From Rhodosorus marinus CCMP1338 (lineage: Eukaryota; Plantae; Rhodophyta): a DNA stretch of 64,000 nt. The DNA is taken from contig JAMWBK010000012.1 of the NCBI GenBank assembly GCA_029953675.1, forward strand, positions 62,001 to 126,000, in the 5' to 3' direction. Under the pieces are notes generated by a model. It ran no database searches. It saw only the letters and a list, made by a program, of their open reading frames with translations, and was not told the DNA's origin. This document shows, one piece after another, positions 22,426-34,404 of the stretch; within the stretch, counting starts at the first letter, position 1; each line of letters starts with the position of its first letter. The position numbers and the translations under genes were made by a program.

Positions 22426-23094
22426 TGAGTTTATTCGGTAGTAAAGTCCAGTCCACTTTATTCGGAGACTGAAAAAAAAAAACCCAACCCCAGAAAAAAA
22501 ATACTCGTTCAACAAACGCTAACTGCCAGCTGATTCCTTCAACACCGCCCACCCCTCCAAAGCCGCTCTTCTCTTCTCAAAGGTATTTTGATTGAGTATA
22601 TTTATTTGGAGGGGCTGAAAAAAGAAAAACGGACAATACGAGAAAGACCATTGGATTTCCTCATTTGGGCTTATTCAACTCATCTTAGTTCCTGCTAAAT
22701 AATTTTTAGGCTATACGCTATTTCTTCTTTTTTTTAGCCCTAAGTCCACCCGGTACGTAATATAGGGTTTTTGCCGACTGGGTCGGGTTTATCCTTATTT
22801 ACCCCTATAAACCCACCCTGTTTTCACAGGTTTAAGCACTTCTGGGTCGTAAACGGTGAAAAACCCAACTCACTTGGGACAACCCTAATAATACCATCCA
22901 AGTGGCGCGTGAATGGGAGGGGTGGTAAAGCGTGATTGTTTGTTTACTTTATTAGGGTCTGGTTGTTTTCTATTTTTGGCAATGAATCAGGAGCGTTCGG
23001 AGGCTGGGAGGCCAAACGATGAACTCTATTGGCCGGTATTATTGGTCATGTATTTCAGCAATTCCCAAAAAGGGGATTGAGCTATTGCTCAAAA

Positions 23095-23835
23095 TTGAAT
23101 GAACTTGTTTAGTCAGAGACTGAAGGAAAAAAACCCCGAGGGGAGAACAAAGACTAAGCGCGACGAAGATATCGCGCCTCCAACATCAAAGCAGCGTTCA
23201 TACGCCACAGCAAGAAACTTAAACGGGTAAACAACGAGGACAGACAGTCAGGGCGTTCGCGGAACAATTCCCGAAGCCAACGAGAATCCACGGAATCCAT
23301 AAACCCAAAGCACTCAATGACCAGAGGTGCCAGGCGATGAGCTAGAGCCGAAGCACGAATCCCTGCGGAAGATAAAGCCCCCACATATTGCAACTCTTTG
23401 CGACGTCTCATACTGGCAGCGCAGAATCCACGTTGCTCTCGCCACAAGCTCAAATTACTGCCGACTTCTTAGCTTGACCTGCCGTCCCAAGTTTGAGTGG
23501 ACGAAGTGAGTAATGGGAATACTAAATCGGGTAAACTGAATGACTGAATTTGTCTAACTGGAGACTGAAAAAAGAAATCCCGAGGGGACTCGCGCGGCGG
23601 GATCGCCGCCTCCAACATCAAAGCTGCGTTCATACGCCACAGCGAGAAACTTAAGCGGGTAAACACGAAGACAGACGGTCAGGGCGTTCGCGGAACAACC
23701 TCCGAAGGCAACGAGAACCAACGGTATCCATAAACCGAAAGCACTCAATGACCAGAGGTACGTACCAGGCGATGAGCTAAGGCCGAAGCACGAATTTCTG
23801 GGAAGACAAGGCCCCTGCATATTTCACCTCCTTGC
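23095..23835 (-). mobile_element. Two tandem family B 3' fragments (about 23095-23480 and 23537-23835)
   Basis: Each has the B tail, the 3'UTR and LWRMNAALMLEA. Confidence 0.85.
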
Positions 23836-23959
23836 GACGTCTCATATACTGACAGTCGCGTAAAGTAAGGTTGTCACTTCCGTCCGGTTGCGTACGATTA
23901 GTAATCGAAGAGTCCGATAAACGTTTACCGAACCTGCATTTCTTAACAATAGAGTGCAT

Positions 23960-24540
23960 TTGCCGGGGACACTACCGTAACTATATAAATGGGCAAGGAC
24001 CAGAAATAGGAGGGAACGCGGTGGGCAAATATCTGTGAGTAGCATTGTGAAAGTATGAACTATACCGCAAAGGAACTTGAACCGAGGGATTGCAAAGCGC
24101 TGCCACGTTCTTGGATGGGTGTCCAACAGGCCCGGCCTCAGGTTGTAGTTCTCGAAGTAATCTGTTGGTTCCTGTTCCACCGCGCTATCTCTGTGTGTAT
24201 CGCATCGTGTCCCCTTTGCCACAGCCCCGTCGATGTCTGACAATGGTGCAGTCTTTGTACACCGTTCGTACGGTATGTACTTTTGTACGTACTACACCTC
24301 TCCGTCGTCCGCAATCCCAGAATCGGCAGCCCCAACAGCTGTCGGATATTTTTGGCTGCATTCCCGGTCCGCTCAGTTTTCCGGGTCCAAATCGTGGCGA
24401 ATTGCGTAGCCAGACGCTTGAACCAGCTCGTGTAGCGCACAGCATTCCGGCTCGACGTTCCGGGTCAACCGTAGAATCTGTCAAGAGCCTCATGAAACTT
24501 GTTTGGTGTGCCTCTCGTGAGAGCGTCTGGTGTAGAGAAC
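23960..24540 (-). mobile_element. Degenerate relative of family C (D), zinc-knuckle region
   Basis: LTDSTVDPERRAGMLCATRAGSSVWL and HCQTSTGLWQRGHD align to family C LTGDSTLDDLDRARIRSASGTGCGVWL and HCRTSSGMRTKRHD. Confidence 0.65.
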
Positions 24541-24546
24541 CAAGCT

Positions 24547-27500
24547 AACCCCGTAGCCTTTATTGGGCAACTACCTAATGTAGCGCATCACACGATCACT
24601 ACGTACGCACTAACCAAACCTGGACTCCCTGTCCAGGAGTCTCATCTAAATTCTACTTAGGGGAAATATCGGTCTATCTGCGCGATCTTTCTCGATCGCG
24701 TGCTCAACTAGCGCAGCATTGTGCTGCCACAAAATACGGTTTAGTTGACCCCTCACCGACGATAGATGGGAGTCACGATCATGCAGGTGCGCGCTCGCCG
24801 TTCGAAGAAATTCAAGGCTTGCCTGGCCCATTCGACCAAAAGTCTCAAAAATGAACGGCACAAGAACCACATCTCGGTTTTGCCGCCTCAGCACTTCCTT
24901 ATAATGCAACGCCTTCGCTTGTTCGGCCTGTTTCGCAGCATACCCGCAGTTCCAGCTCGTATGTCTCAACTGATGCCTTTGAAGTGGCGATGTCACCATC
25001 ACATCCACCACGTACACGCATCCGCTCGTCGGGTGTCGTGCAACGATGTCTGGGCGAATTCCAGACCCAGCAAAGAACCCCTCAGGCTCTACTTGTATCT
25101 CCGTGAAACTCCATAGGTGTAACCATCGACTCAGTTCCACCTTTAGCTCGTCGTGTCTCTTGGTTCGCATCCCTGATGAGGTCCTGCAGTGGGGCAGCCG
25201 CCGGATCCCACGCACATCGTGTGGTTGCTCGCAGACTGTGCACGTGTGTGACCGCCCTAGTCCTTGTAGTGGTAGCCCTAGTAGCATCCGCATGCTCCAC
25301 AACATCTCATTTCGCGTCAACTGCCGCGGCCCTGTACTAGGACAGTCGCGTAGCCAGACCCCGCACCCCGTTCCAGATGCCGATCGGATCCTCGCCCGGT
25401 CTAGGTCGTCCAGTGTTGAATCTCCAGTAAGCTCCTCAAAGGCTTGTCGGTGACACTCTCGAGAGAGCGTTTTTTGGATCGGACCGTCAAACCTTTGGGT
25501 ACCTGCTGTGTCTTCCGCTGTGCCTTCCGCAGAGTCCTCCAGCGGTTGCCAATCGGCCAGCCTCTGGATCCGTGCACTGGTCGTCGCTGGCAAACGTCGT
25601 CTAATTGCGCGACTTGCCTCCACCAGTTGCCAAGCAAGTCCATCGGTTGTTCATCCAAGTCGCACCCGTGGCAGCGATTCTCCTTGTGCTGCCGCAATAC
25701 ACTCCTGGGAAAGCCGTTCGAGGTAGCGTGATTCAGTGGTGTTCTCTTGCAGGCTGTGTTTCCATCCTGCATGGAAGGCAACTGGTTGAATTCTCGTGCG
25801 CGTGGCAAAGCCAAGTCCTCCCCATCGACACGGGAGTCGAATCTGTTTCTCAACCGCTGCAGCCTCACGTGCGGTGATATCCTGGTGTTGACATAGGCCT
25901 CCACACAAGCCTTCAAGCTCCGAGAGGGTGATCGCGTCCGCCTCGCGGGCAACGGTACGTCCAAGGGGGTACGCCAGCCCACGTGTATGATAATCGAGCC
26001 TTGTACCTGCGCAGTACCGAAAGAGGGCCAGCTTGACTTGGAGTTCAGCATCGGGGAGTCCCTGAATCGATTTTACCAGGTTCGCATGTCGCGTTTGAAT
26101 AGCTCGACATTGTTCTTCCGCAAACACCCGAGTGCCAATTGGTATGGAGTACAACGTAGTCCGGGTGCGAGTCACTTGAATCTCAGGGATATCTAGTTTA
26201 ATCACCCTCGGCGTGTCCAGTCGTGGTGCGTATAGAATGCACTTCGATCACTGTAGTTTGGCTCCAATTCCTGGCAGAGCTTCCTGGCTCCACGTCAATG
26301 CGCATTTCAGGATCTCGAGGTCCCCTACTAGGGAGATGTCGTCGTGTACCGCGGCGAGGGTAAGTGTTGGAAACCTTCGCCGCAGACCACGCAGGAATGG
26401 GGCTAGAGCAAGGGCATGTAGCACTGGCCCTAAAGGGTCTCCTTGTTGGACTCCAGTGCGTGCTTCCAGGGAGAACCGATCCGTAATACGGTGCTCCTGA
26501 GCATCGATGTTTGCCCATCCAAACTGCACAGGACATTCCTCTGCAGACTCCCCATAGGCGAGCTTAAAAATCGGCATTAACTCTGGGAAGCAAACCTCCG
26601 CGACCGATGCTGAAATCTGCCGGTCGATTCTGTTGAATGCATTTTCCAGATCCAGTTTGAGCAACGCGTGTTGCGGTTGATAGTAGAGATGAGCTTGAAC
26701 CGCGTGTAACGCCTGCTCACATTCGCTGCGTACGCAAATCCCCAGTTGCTCCGGGGCGAGAAATGTTTTCAGGCGACGTGAGACTCCCTGAAGCACCCAT
26801 TGGGCGACCACCTTCCGGAGAACTTCGGGAACCGCAATCGGCCGCACGCGAACTCGTCGAGACCCTTCCATTTCAGAGCCATCTTTCTTTTCGGCCTTGA
26901 TGAAGGGCAGCAATCGGCTGCTGCTCAGGGCCTGCCGTAGCATACGTGGAAATATGGAGGGGTTCTGCACCAGACTGCGCAGGAATCGAACCAGAAGAGG
27001 CCTGTTCGATGGAATCACCGCCTGGAGATGCTCCGCGCGAAGATCACTCGGTCCAGGGCCTGTTTTCGGCGGATGTCGGTTGATCAGTCCAAGGAGAGAT
27101 TCATCACTCGCATCAGCTGGGTTCCATTGGCGGGGAGGGTGCTCCAGGGCGGTTTCGAGTAGTCGGTGCATCTCTGTCGCAACATCCGGATGTAAAGGTT
27201 CCATTGAGGCATCTGGAAATAGTTCACACAAAGCATTCCATGTCGAGGACGTCTGCGATGCGAGCTCCGTGGCCTCCAAGCGCTGGGCAGCTGCAGAGAG
27301 GCGCCCACAGTGAGCCAGTTTCACCACCTGTCGATTCCGCCTGCTTTCTCTTTGGCTATCCGCTCTCCGCTCACGGGGTGATGGCTGGGTAGCGGCCGCT
27401 AAATTCAGCGCCTGTCATACCACTGAGAATTCACCCTCTAACAGATGCCCCATTTGTACTCCGATCGGAAGGGCACAGATCCCTAGCGACAGGCCAGGGA

Positions 27501-28140
27501 GTGCCATTAAGGATAGGCGTAAGAGTGGATCCGCGGTCGTGTCCACTGCGAGGCTCAGAGCACGCTGGAGTAGTAGGTTCCAATGCTTGACTTGCGCATT
27601 AGGGACATGCTCTCGAGTGCGTACTGGGCTGTTGGTGACCATCCACCAGTGCCGTCCGGAGTCTGTTGCGGTGTCCAGGAACGTGTGGAGTTTTGCCTGC
27701 CATGCTTCAGGGTCGGTGGTGATCAGCACCCCAGGAGTAGGTCGTTGTCGGTGAGCGCTTGCTCTGCGAGGTGCGCGAGAGGGGCTCGGTGTGTAGTCGT
27801 CGCGCGGGCGTTTAGTACTCGTGGGGCGTCTCGGCATTACTGGGGAGTATTGTCTTGGCCGTCCTGGGTGTCCATCTCCATGCTCTCATCTGCGACTGCC
27901 GTAGCGTCCACGCGCGTGCGCTTCTGCTTAGGAGGCTCCTGGATGTTGCACTGGAGCTCCGCGTGCGGGTTGTCGTCAGCATCTTCCTCCTGTCCATGCT
28001 CGAATTCCATCGAGGCTGACTGGTCGATGGCGTTCATAGTGCTCTCGCACGGTGGTGCTGTGTCCAGGTTAATGGGCAACTCTGCATGAGGATTTTCGTC
28101 CTCTCCAGTGGTGGTTTCCCCTTCGTTCGCAGCCATGGAG
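24547..28140 (-). mobile_element. Family C RLE non-LTR retrotransposon, apparently one ORF broken by several frameshifts
   Basis: ORF pieces 28136-27837, 27837-27415, 27327-26248 (KLDLENAFN, QQGDPLGP, VHDD), 26205-25651 and 25623-24646 (CTVC..HC, RPDIV..VDVMV..K, VPFIFETFG). The 5'UTR may extend to about 28330. Confidence 0.9.
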
Positions 28141-28642
28141 GCCTCGGCGTTGGCGGAGTCGAGGCTAACTCCAGACTGCTACGTCGCAAAGTATCTTTCC
28201 GGTGACGACGTTAACGTTGATAAACCTCTACTCGACCAACTGCGATAAAAACAGCGTTGCGCTACAGTAGGGAGCTACCCGTTAACACCCGTTAACGATT
28301 ACTGCTACGTTCGTCTATAGTGTAGTATGTAGGAAATTGTAAGAAATACAACCTAAATATCTAAGAGCTTGATGGAATCCTTCAGCCAATATCTGATGAA
28401 AAATTTGCGTTCCAAAGTCGCCGCTTACAAAGAGGATTCGACTCGAACAATTCCGCTTTCGTGAAACTCCTTCACGGTAACCGTTCTATGCGACCCGATG
28501 GTGGAGCTCACACCACTACGCAATAGAGACAATCCACTTAAGAACTCACACATCCAAAAATTTCAACTTTTTCCTTTCTGCAAAATCTCTCTTCCAGATT
28601 CTTCCCTACTCCGATTAAACACATTCATTGGCTTGGCTTTTA

Positions 28643-28760
28643 TGAGCAGCATGCTTGCCGAGGCGCGCCATCGGCGCCTGGGTTTGCACGCTTCCCTACC
28701 TAGTTCTTAGTTCCTTTTAACGGTTTGCATAGCGCTGTAGGCTATACGCTAATAAAGCCA
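28643..28760 (+). mobile_element. Family A variant 3' fragment
   Basis: MLAEARHRRLGLHASLPS* followed by the 3'UTR and GCTAATAAAGCC. Confidence 0.85.
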
Positions 28761-28770
28761 CATTCATTCA

Positions 28771-29058
28771 ATGTGCGGGGGTTTTGTCTTCCCCAGGCAT
28801 TCGTGCTTCGGCTCTTCCCCTATACCTCTGGTCATTGAGTGCTTTGGGTTTATGGATTCCGATGGTTCTCGTTGGCTTCGGGAATTGCTCCGCGAACCCC
28901 CTGACCGTGTGTCCTCGTTGTTTACCTGTTCAAGGTTGTTGCTGCGGCGTATGAATCCTGTTTTGATGTTGGAGGCGCACGATCTTCGCCGCGGATAGTC
29001 TTTTTTTTACCCTCGGGTTTTTTTCTTTCAGTCTCCGATTGAACAAATTCATTCATTC
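28771..29058 (+). mobile_element. Family B 3' fragment
   Basis: PLVIECFGFMDS; (ATTC)n tail. Confidence 0.85.
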
Positions 29059-29105
29059 AATACCCGCCATCACCTCTCGGACTTAATAGGATATTATACA
29101 GAGTC

Positions 29106-29209
29106 CTCTTGTCGCTAATCCCGGGTGCTAACGTTCATCGAAAATCATTAAATCGACTCTTGTCGCTAATCCCGGGTGCTAACGTTCGTCGAAAATCATT
29201 AAATCGACT
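29106..29209. repeat. 51-bp tandem duplication (2 copies, 1 mismatch)
   Basis: ctcttgtcgctaatcccgggtgctaacgttc(a/g)tcgaaaatcattaaatcga repeated. Confidence 0.95.
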
Positions 29210-29491
29210 GTTTGCCCTAGTCCGTCAAACTCAGAAATGCTCACTAATCAATGTTGCAGAGCATAATTTCAACAGTCAACACAAAGCCATACTATTGATG
29301 ATAAAATACAGATCCCTCCACCTCCTTAACCTACCGCTATTGGCTGAGCTATTGATTGATAGTCGGAAACCAAACAACGGTCAGCGTAAGAAGGAAATAT
29401 CCTTCATAGTGCTATTCACACATATCCTCTTCAGCGAATAGAAAATTCTGATCAAGCTTGCATCCCTTGGTGCGATTGGCCGGGCTGTCCT

Positions 29492-30032
29492 GGTTTTTAT
29501 TAGCAGAGCCTAAAAAAAAGCGCTGCGCAAAGCGTAAAAAGGAATTAAGAACTAGATAGAGAAGCGTGTAAACCCAGGCGCCGATGGGGCGCCTCGGCAA
29601 GCATGCTGCTAGAATATCGCCACAGAGAGACATTTAAACGGCGTAAGAGTTCCAAGTATTCGGTAGCATGCTCGGCGAAACATTTCCGCATCCACTCCAA
29701 ACCCAAAGCTTTCCACAATGAAAGGCTGGAACCGGTGGGCGCGACCCTCTGCGCAAGGCAGACTGGCCATACTCTCAGCATACCGTCGTTCCGTCACTCG
29801 ACGAAGGGACGAAGCGGCTGCCCCCAGGCGGCGTGCGGCAGCAGTGAGATGGACGCTTGCCACAGGGCATGCAATCGCGAGGTCCACATATGCTGAGCGT
29901 CTGGCGGCAGCGTCTGAGACGAGGAGATCTGCGATACAACGGGGTGGCGCCGTGTCCGAGGCCGATCTGGGCAGTTCCGATTCCACCTCAACCGTGTGCC
30001 CTACCCGAGTCAAACATTCGCTGAGGGTGTAC
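29492..30032 (-). mobile_element. Family A variant 3' fragment, followed by a family B tail on the + strand (about 30033-30087)
   Basis: RCIADLLVSDAAARRSAYVDLAIAC and the 3'UTR. Confidence 0.85.
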
Positions 30033-30656
30033 TTTTCTTCCCCTTGGGGTGTTTCTCAGTCTCCGATTAAACTAATTCATTCATTCCAATCCTACTCAGG
30101 CTTGATCCCAAATACTCTTGTAGCCAACAAACCACGGACCACGCTGACGAGTACAGTGGCTCCAACATTCGGTTGCCCGAATAAACGGGTCACGGCTCTG
30201 CGTTAATCTGGGGTTACTCAGAGCCTAACTATCCCTGTCCGGTGCCAAAAATTTGACTGCCGCAGAACCCCCGTATCTAAGAATTCAGTGAATATAGGGA
30301 TCTTGATTGGTTACTGGACACGTTCGATTGACCTATGGGAGCCCCAGATCTGGCCCCCTCTGAACACAGAAGGCAGTCTCGTGGAGCTTCAGGGGAGCAT
30401 TCGATTAGATGCAGAGGCAGTCGTAAACCTGCTGGCATTTATGGGCACCAAAGCTGGCTAAACGATAAATCCCGCTAAACCCTCCAAATTCATTCAGCAT
30501 TACGTAATTTCCGGTCCTCCAATAATTTTATCGGACCATCTGATATTTTATCTGACACCATGGCACAGCCCAGCTCAACCAGAAAGAGAGTGATCACTTC
30601 CCCCCCCTTTTTACAGCAGAGAAAAAGAAATTCACAAGACGTGATTTGAAAAACAA

Positions 30657-30724
30657 TGCATCGCTTGCATCGTTTGCATCGCTCGCATCGTTTGCATCGC
30701 TCGCATCGTTTGCATCGTTTGCAT
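30657..30724. repeat. 9-bp tandem array (T/C)GCATCG(C/T)T, about 7.5 units
   Basis: Direct reading of the sequence. Confidence 0.9.
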
Positions 30725-30974
30725 TTTTTGCGGCATGCGGCCAAAACGCGCATTTGCATTTTCTTAAAAGACTGCGTGAAATTTTTTTTGCCTATTTTTG
30801 CGCACTTACGTTTCTCGAGACGACACGATTTCTGTTCAGATATTTATTGGCCGGTACGACTTTGCGCTGTTTGCGTAGTTGGAAGGACCGGCAGAATAGC
30901 GTAGCTAGAGTCGTATATCCGGTGCATAGATAGTATACTGTAGATTGTAAGTAGAATCATTTACGGCGTCAAAG

Positions 30975-31345
30975 TGAATGAATGGTTTAATCGGAGGCTG
31001 AAAAAAAAACCCCCGAGGGGAAAAAAAGACTAAGCGCGGCGAAGTACTCGCGCCGCCAACATCAAAGCGGCATTCATGCGCCACAGCAGGAAACTTAAGC
31101 GGGTAAACAACGATTGAAGACGGTCAGGGCGTTCGCGGAACAACTCCCGAAGCCAGCGAGAACCAACAGAGTCCATGAACCCAAAGCACTATCAGGGGTA
31201 CCAAGCGATGTGCTAGTGCCGAAGCACGAACACCAGGGGAAGACAAAGCCCCCGCGTATTTGATCTCTTTGCGGCGTCTCATGCTGGCGGCGGCAGATCC
31301 ACGGCGCTCCCCCGCAGCCGCGAGATAACGACTAGCTTGAGGGTT
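30975..31345 (-). mobile_element. Family B short 3' copy
   Basis: Near-identical to 19874-20270. Confidence 0.9.
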
Positions 31346-32412
31346 TGGCCCTAAGGATGATTACTTAGGGCCAAATTGTCGGCTTTCGAGACTCGGAATT
31401 AGAAAAAGAAGGCACCAAAGTTTGGAGAACTAAGACGGAGGTCAAGTATTTCTGCCATGGTTTCCTCACTTGCTGCGATTTCGAAAAAGGAGATGAGTCC
31501 AGAGTGGGCGGGCTAAGCGACGGTATGGCCAGAAATATTAAACAGTGGAAAAACTTTCTTATTTTCAGTACGGGATGGGGGGGTGGGTCAGAGTGAGGGA
31601 TTATGACCTTCGAAATAAATACCTTCTTCTTAGTACAGCGAGTTTTCACTATCGCAATATTCAATCAATTTGCTCGCTTCTCTGGGATCATTTGGCCGAT
31701 TGAATATTTATATATTTTCCGATATGAAGACCCGGAAAACACTTACGGAAATTTCCATGAATTATAAATATATAGAAATTTCCCTTATTGTTATCGTTTA
31801 TTCAATAGCGCCAGACGTCGACTCAATACACCAAAAAAAATAATTTGCTGCTAAATCGGCCAAAGTGAATGCTCTTAAAACATGATATAAAAAGTCACAT
31901 TTTTTGTTTGTGAAATTTATCTTCGAATTTTCATGTCAAGCATAGAAAGATATCGAAAACGAACCATAAGGAATAGGAACACTATCATTTTCTTTTAGAT
32001 GCTAAGGGGAAAGTGGAAACCGCGCGTGTCCGGGGAGGGAGTGTCCGGGGAAACTCTGGGGGGTCTTTTGGGGGGTTGTCCGGAGAGTGTCAATCAATAT
32101 CTCAGCCAGAGTAGTAGCGGGAGGTCGTGTTGGGGATCTGTTGCGTTGATTAAGACTGAGTTGAAGGGTGAGTGACTTTTCAGGATCGCGCTTTGGGTAG
32201 ATTCGGGAACGGCGGTTGAGTGCGGTCGTGTAAATGGCTTTCTTTCAGGCGGCTTTGTGAAGTGGCGGAGGGAGGAGATATTCTAGCGTCAGGGATATAT
32301 AGGTGACTTGGTTGCAAGGGGAAGGAGGGTTTTGGGGTGATGGATTGGAGCAAGTAGTGACAGTCCTTCGAGGAAAAGCTGGAGAGTGGGTGAAGTTGGT
32401 TTTTTTTTGAGG

Positions 32413-34095
32413 ATGAAGAGGACTTTTTGGATATGGCTTGTTTTATTTGGGTGGTTCACCGCACTGGGCCCGGGAGAGGCCTTTGAGGGAAAGCCAAACG
32501 TGATTCTGATAGTGCTTGACGATCTTGGTTATCATGACCTAGGCATCCAAGGGAGTGAGGACGTCAAGTCCCCCAACATTGACAAGCTGGCGACAGATGG
32601 GGTTAGATTCACCGATGGATACGCTCCCCATCATTTTTGTGGACCTTCGCGGTCTGGTCTCTTCTCGGGTACTTATCCCTTCAGGATTGGCGCCGCATTC
32701 AATGCACCGAAGGACTACTGGGACAAAACAGTTGGACTGCCATTGGACGTGGAGATACTACCACAGACGATGAAGAAGGCAGGCTACAGGACTTACTGCG
32801 TCGGAAAGTGGCATTTGGGCCATACTGCAGATCATCACCCAAAAAACCGTGGATTCGACGGGTTCTTCGGGTTTCTCGGGGGCAGTTGGAACTATACGCT
32901 CTCTGAAATCTACGACGAGGAGCTTGACGATTTTGACTATATGTACAGGGGATTCCAGCGAGTTGAAGGCATTACCTACGCCACCGACGATTTTACGGAC
33001 GCCGCTATCTCGTATATATCGAAATCGAGGAGGCTTGAGGAACCTTTCTTTCTTTACCTAGCGTATAACGCTCCGCATGCTCCGTTTACTGCCAAAATCA
33101 GCGATCTCGACCTGAGCATTCCAGAAGACCGCATACAGCACGTAGGAATGATCACTGCAGTGGACAGGGGAGTTCGGAGAATTCGTGCCTACCTCGAGCA
33201 GATAGGACTTACTGAAGAAACCCTCATCATCTTCTCCAACGACAACGGTGGCCATGCCGACGGAGCAAACAACGAACCACTGAAGAGCTTCAAAAGCTCC
33301 TACAGAGATGGTGGATTGAGAGTTCCTTGGTTCCTAACTTGGCCGGGTGTTATCGATAGAGAGCAGACGTTTAGCTGTGCAGTCACGCACCTAGACATTT
33401 ACCCGACACTTCAAAATTTGGCTCAAGTTCCTCTCGACGACCGGAATCCCGCGCTTGTAGGTGTTGACCTGATGCCTTTCATCAAAAAGGTTGGTGAAGA
33501 CGACCCGGTGAATAGTGGACATCCTCACTCTTTTATTGCTTTTGGAGGTCCAGATGATGAAGGAATATCTCGCGGTGTGCTTCGCGAAGGCCCTTGGAAA
33601 CTCCTAGTCTCAAGGGATGGAGTCACGCCGCCAAAACTCTACAACTTGGTGGCAGATATTGGCGAGAAGACGAATCTCGCAGGGGTATACCCAATTAAGA
33701 CGGCAAGGATGCTCAACGACTGGAGAGAATGGAACAGGGATAACATTCCACCAGTTTACGCAAGAGAGCGAGCCCCAAATCCCCTACGACTAGAACTTTC
33801 TGTAGTAGAGAACAAGTTGACAACGACCCCGGGCTTCCCGATCTCATTTCAGGCTACAGGGTCGAGCACTGAAGGCGAAAGCGTTGATTATTATTGGGAA
33901 ACTTTCGTTCCGTCCCGTATTTACGCAGCGAATTTTCGGGATGTATGGACAAAGGGCGTGACTAGTACTGGACGACGACAGAGCTCCATAGCCATAACCT
34001 ACCCTTTCGCTGGTGACTACATTGTTCGCGTCAACATTGAAACCGAGCGATGGGTATTGTGGAAGGACGTCCAGATTGAAGTCACGTCGGACTAG
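32413..34095 (+). CDS. Secreted Cys-type (formylglycine-dependent) sulfatase, arylsulfatase-like, with a C-terminal PKD/Ig-like extension
   Basis: Signal peptide, PNVILIVLDDLG, CGPSR (CxPSR), GKWHLG, AYNAPH, FSNDNG, WKL, LYNLVADIGE; intronless; ATG at 32413. Confidence 0.92.
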   Translation: MKRTFWIWLVLFGWFTALGPGEAFEGKPNVILIVLDDLGYHDLGIQGSEDVKSPNIDKLATDGVRFTDGYAPHHFCGPSRSGLFSGTYPFRIGAAFNAPKDYWDKTVGLPLDVEILPQTMKKAGYRTYCVGKWHLGHTADHHPKNRGFDGFFGFLGGSWNYTLSEIYDEELDDFDYMYRGFQRVEGITYATDDFTDAAISYISKSRRLEEPFFLYLAYNAPHAPFTAKISDLDLSIPEDRIQHVGMITAVDRGVRRIRAYLEQIGLTEETLIIFSNDNGGHADGANNEPLKSFKSSYRDGGLRVPWFLTWPGVIDREQTFSCAVTHLDIYPTLQNLAQVPLDDRNPALVGVDLMPFIKKVGEDDPVNSGHPHSFIAFGGPDDEGISRGVLREGPWKLLVSRDGVTPPKLYNLVADIGEKTNLAGVYPIKTARMLNDWREWNRDNIPPVYARERAPNPLRLELSVVENKLTTTPGFPISFQATGSSTEGESVDYYWETFVPSRIYAANFRDVWTKGVTSTGRRQSSIAITYPFAGDYIVRVNIETERWVLWKDVQIEVTSD

Positions 34096-34404
34096 GTCTG
34101 CACAGAACCTTTGGGTGTAATTTTAGGGGGGGAGAAGGAATTTCTCCCTGTTCCCTAGCTTAATCGTAAACTTTACAATGCGTGCTTGCTGAAGCGTAAC
34201 AATCGCTGAGAGCCACCAACTAGCAACCGGAACCCGGTTTACTGGCATGCGTGATCGAAACCGTAGGGGTGGCACTTCCACCCGGAGGAGTACCACTTAA
34301 AAACATAGCAAGCATAAGAAGTGTAAAAGAGTAACATTGTAGACTGTTTTGAGGAAAAGCGCAGAGAAACCACTGCATGTAAAGCATTGAGAACTGAGAA
34401 AATT

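Noticed and set aside
22225-22445. Hammerhead-ribozyme-like core (ATGA-GTTCA/TGAAC-GAAA) in the 158-bp duplication
   Set aside because: No CUGANGA core and no stem I partner; the GAAA portion is explained by the adjacent family B (GAAT/GAAC)n tail.
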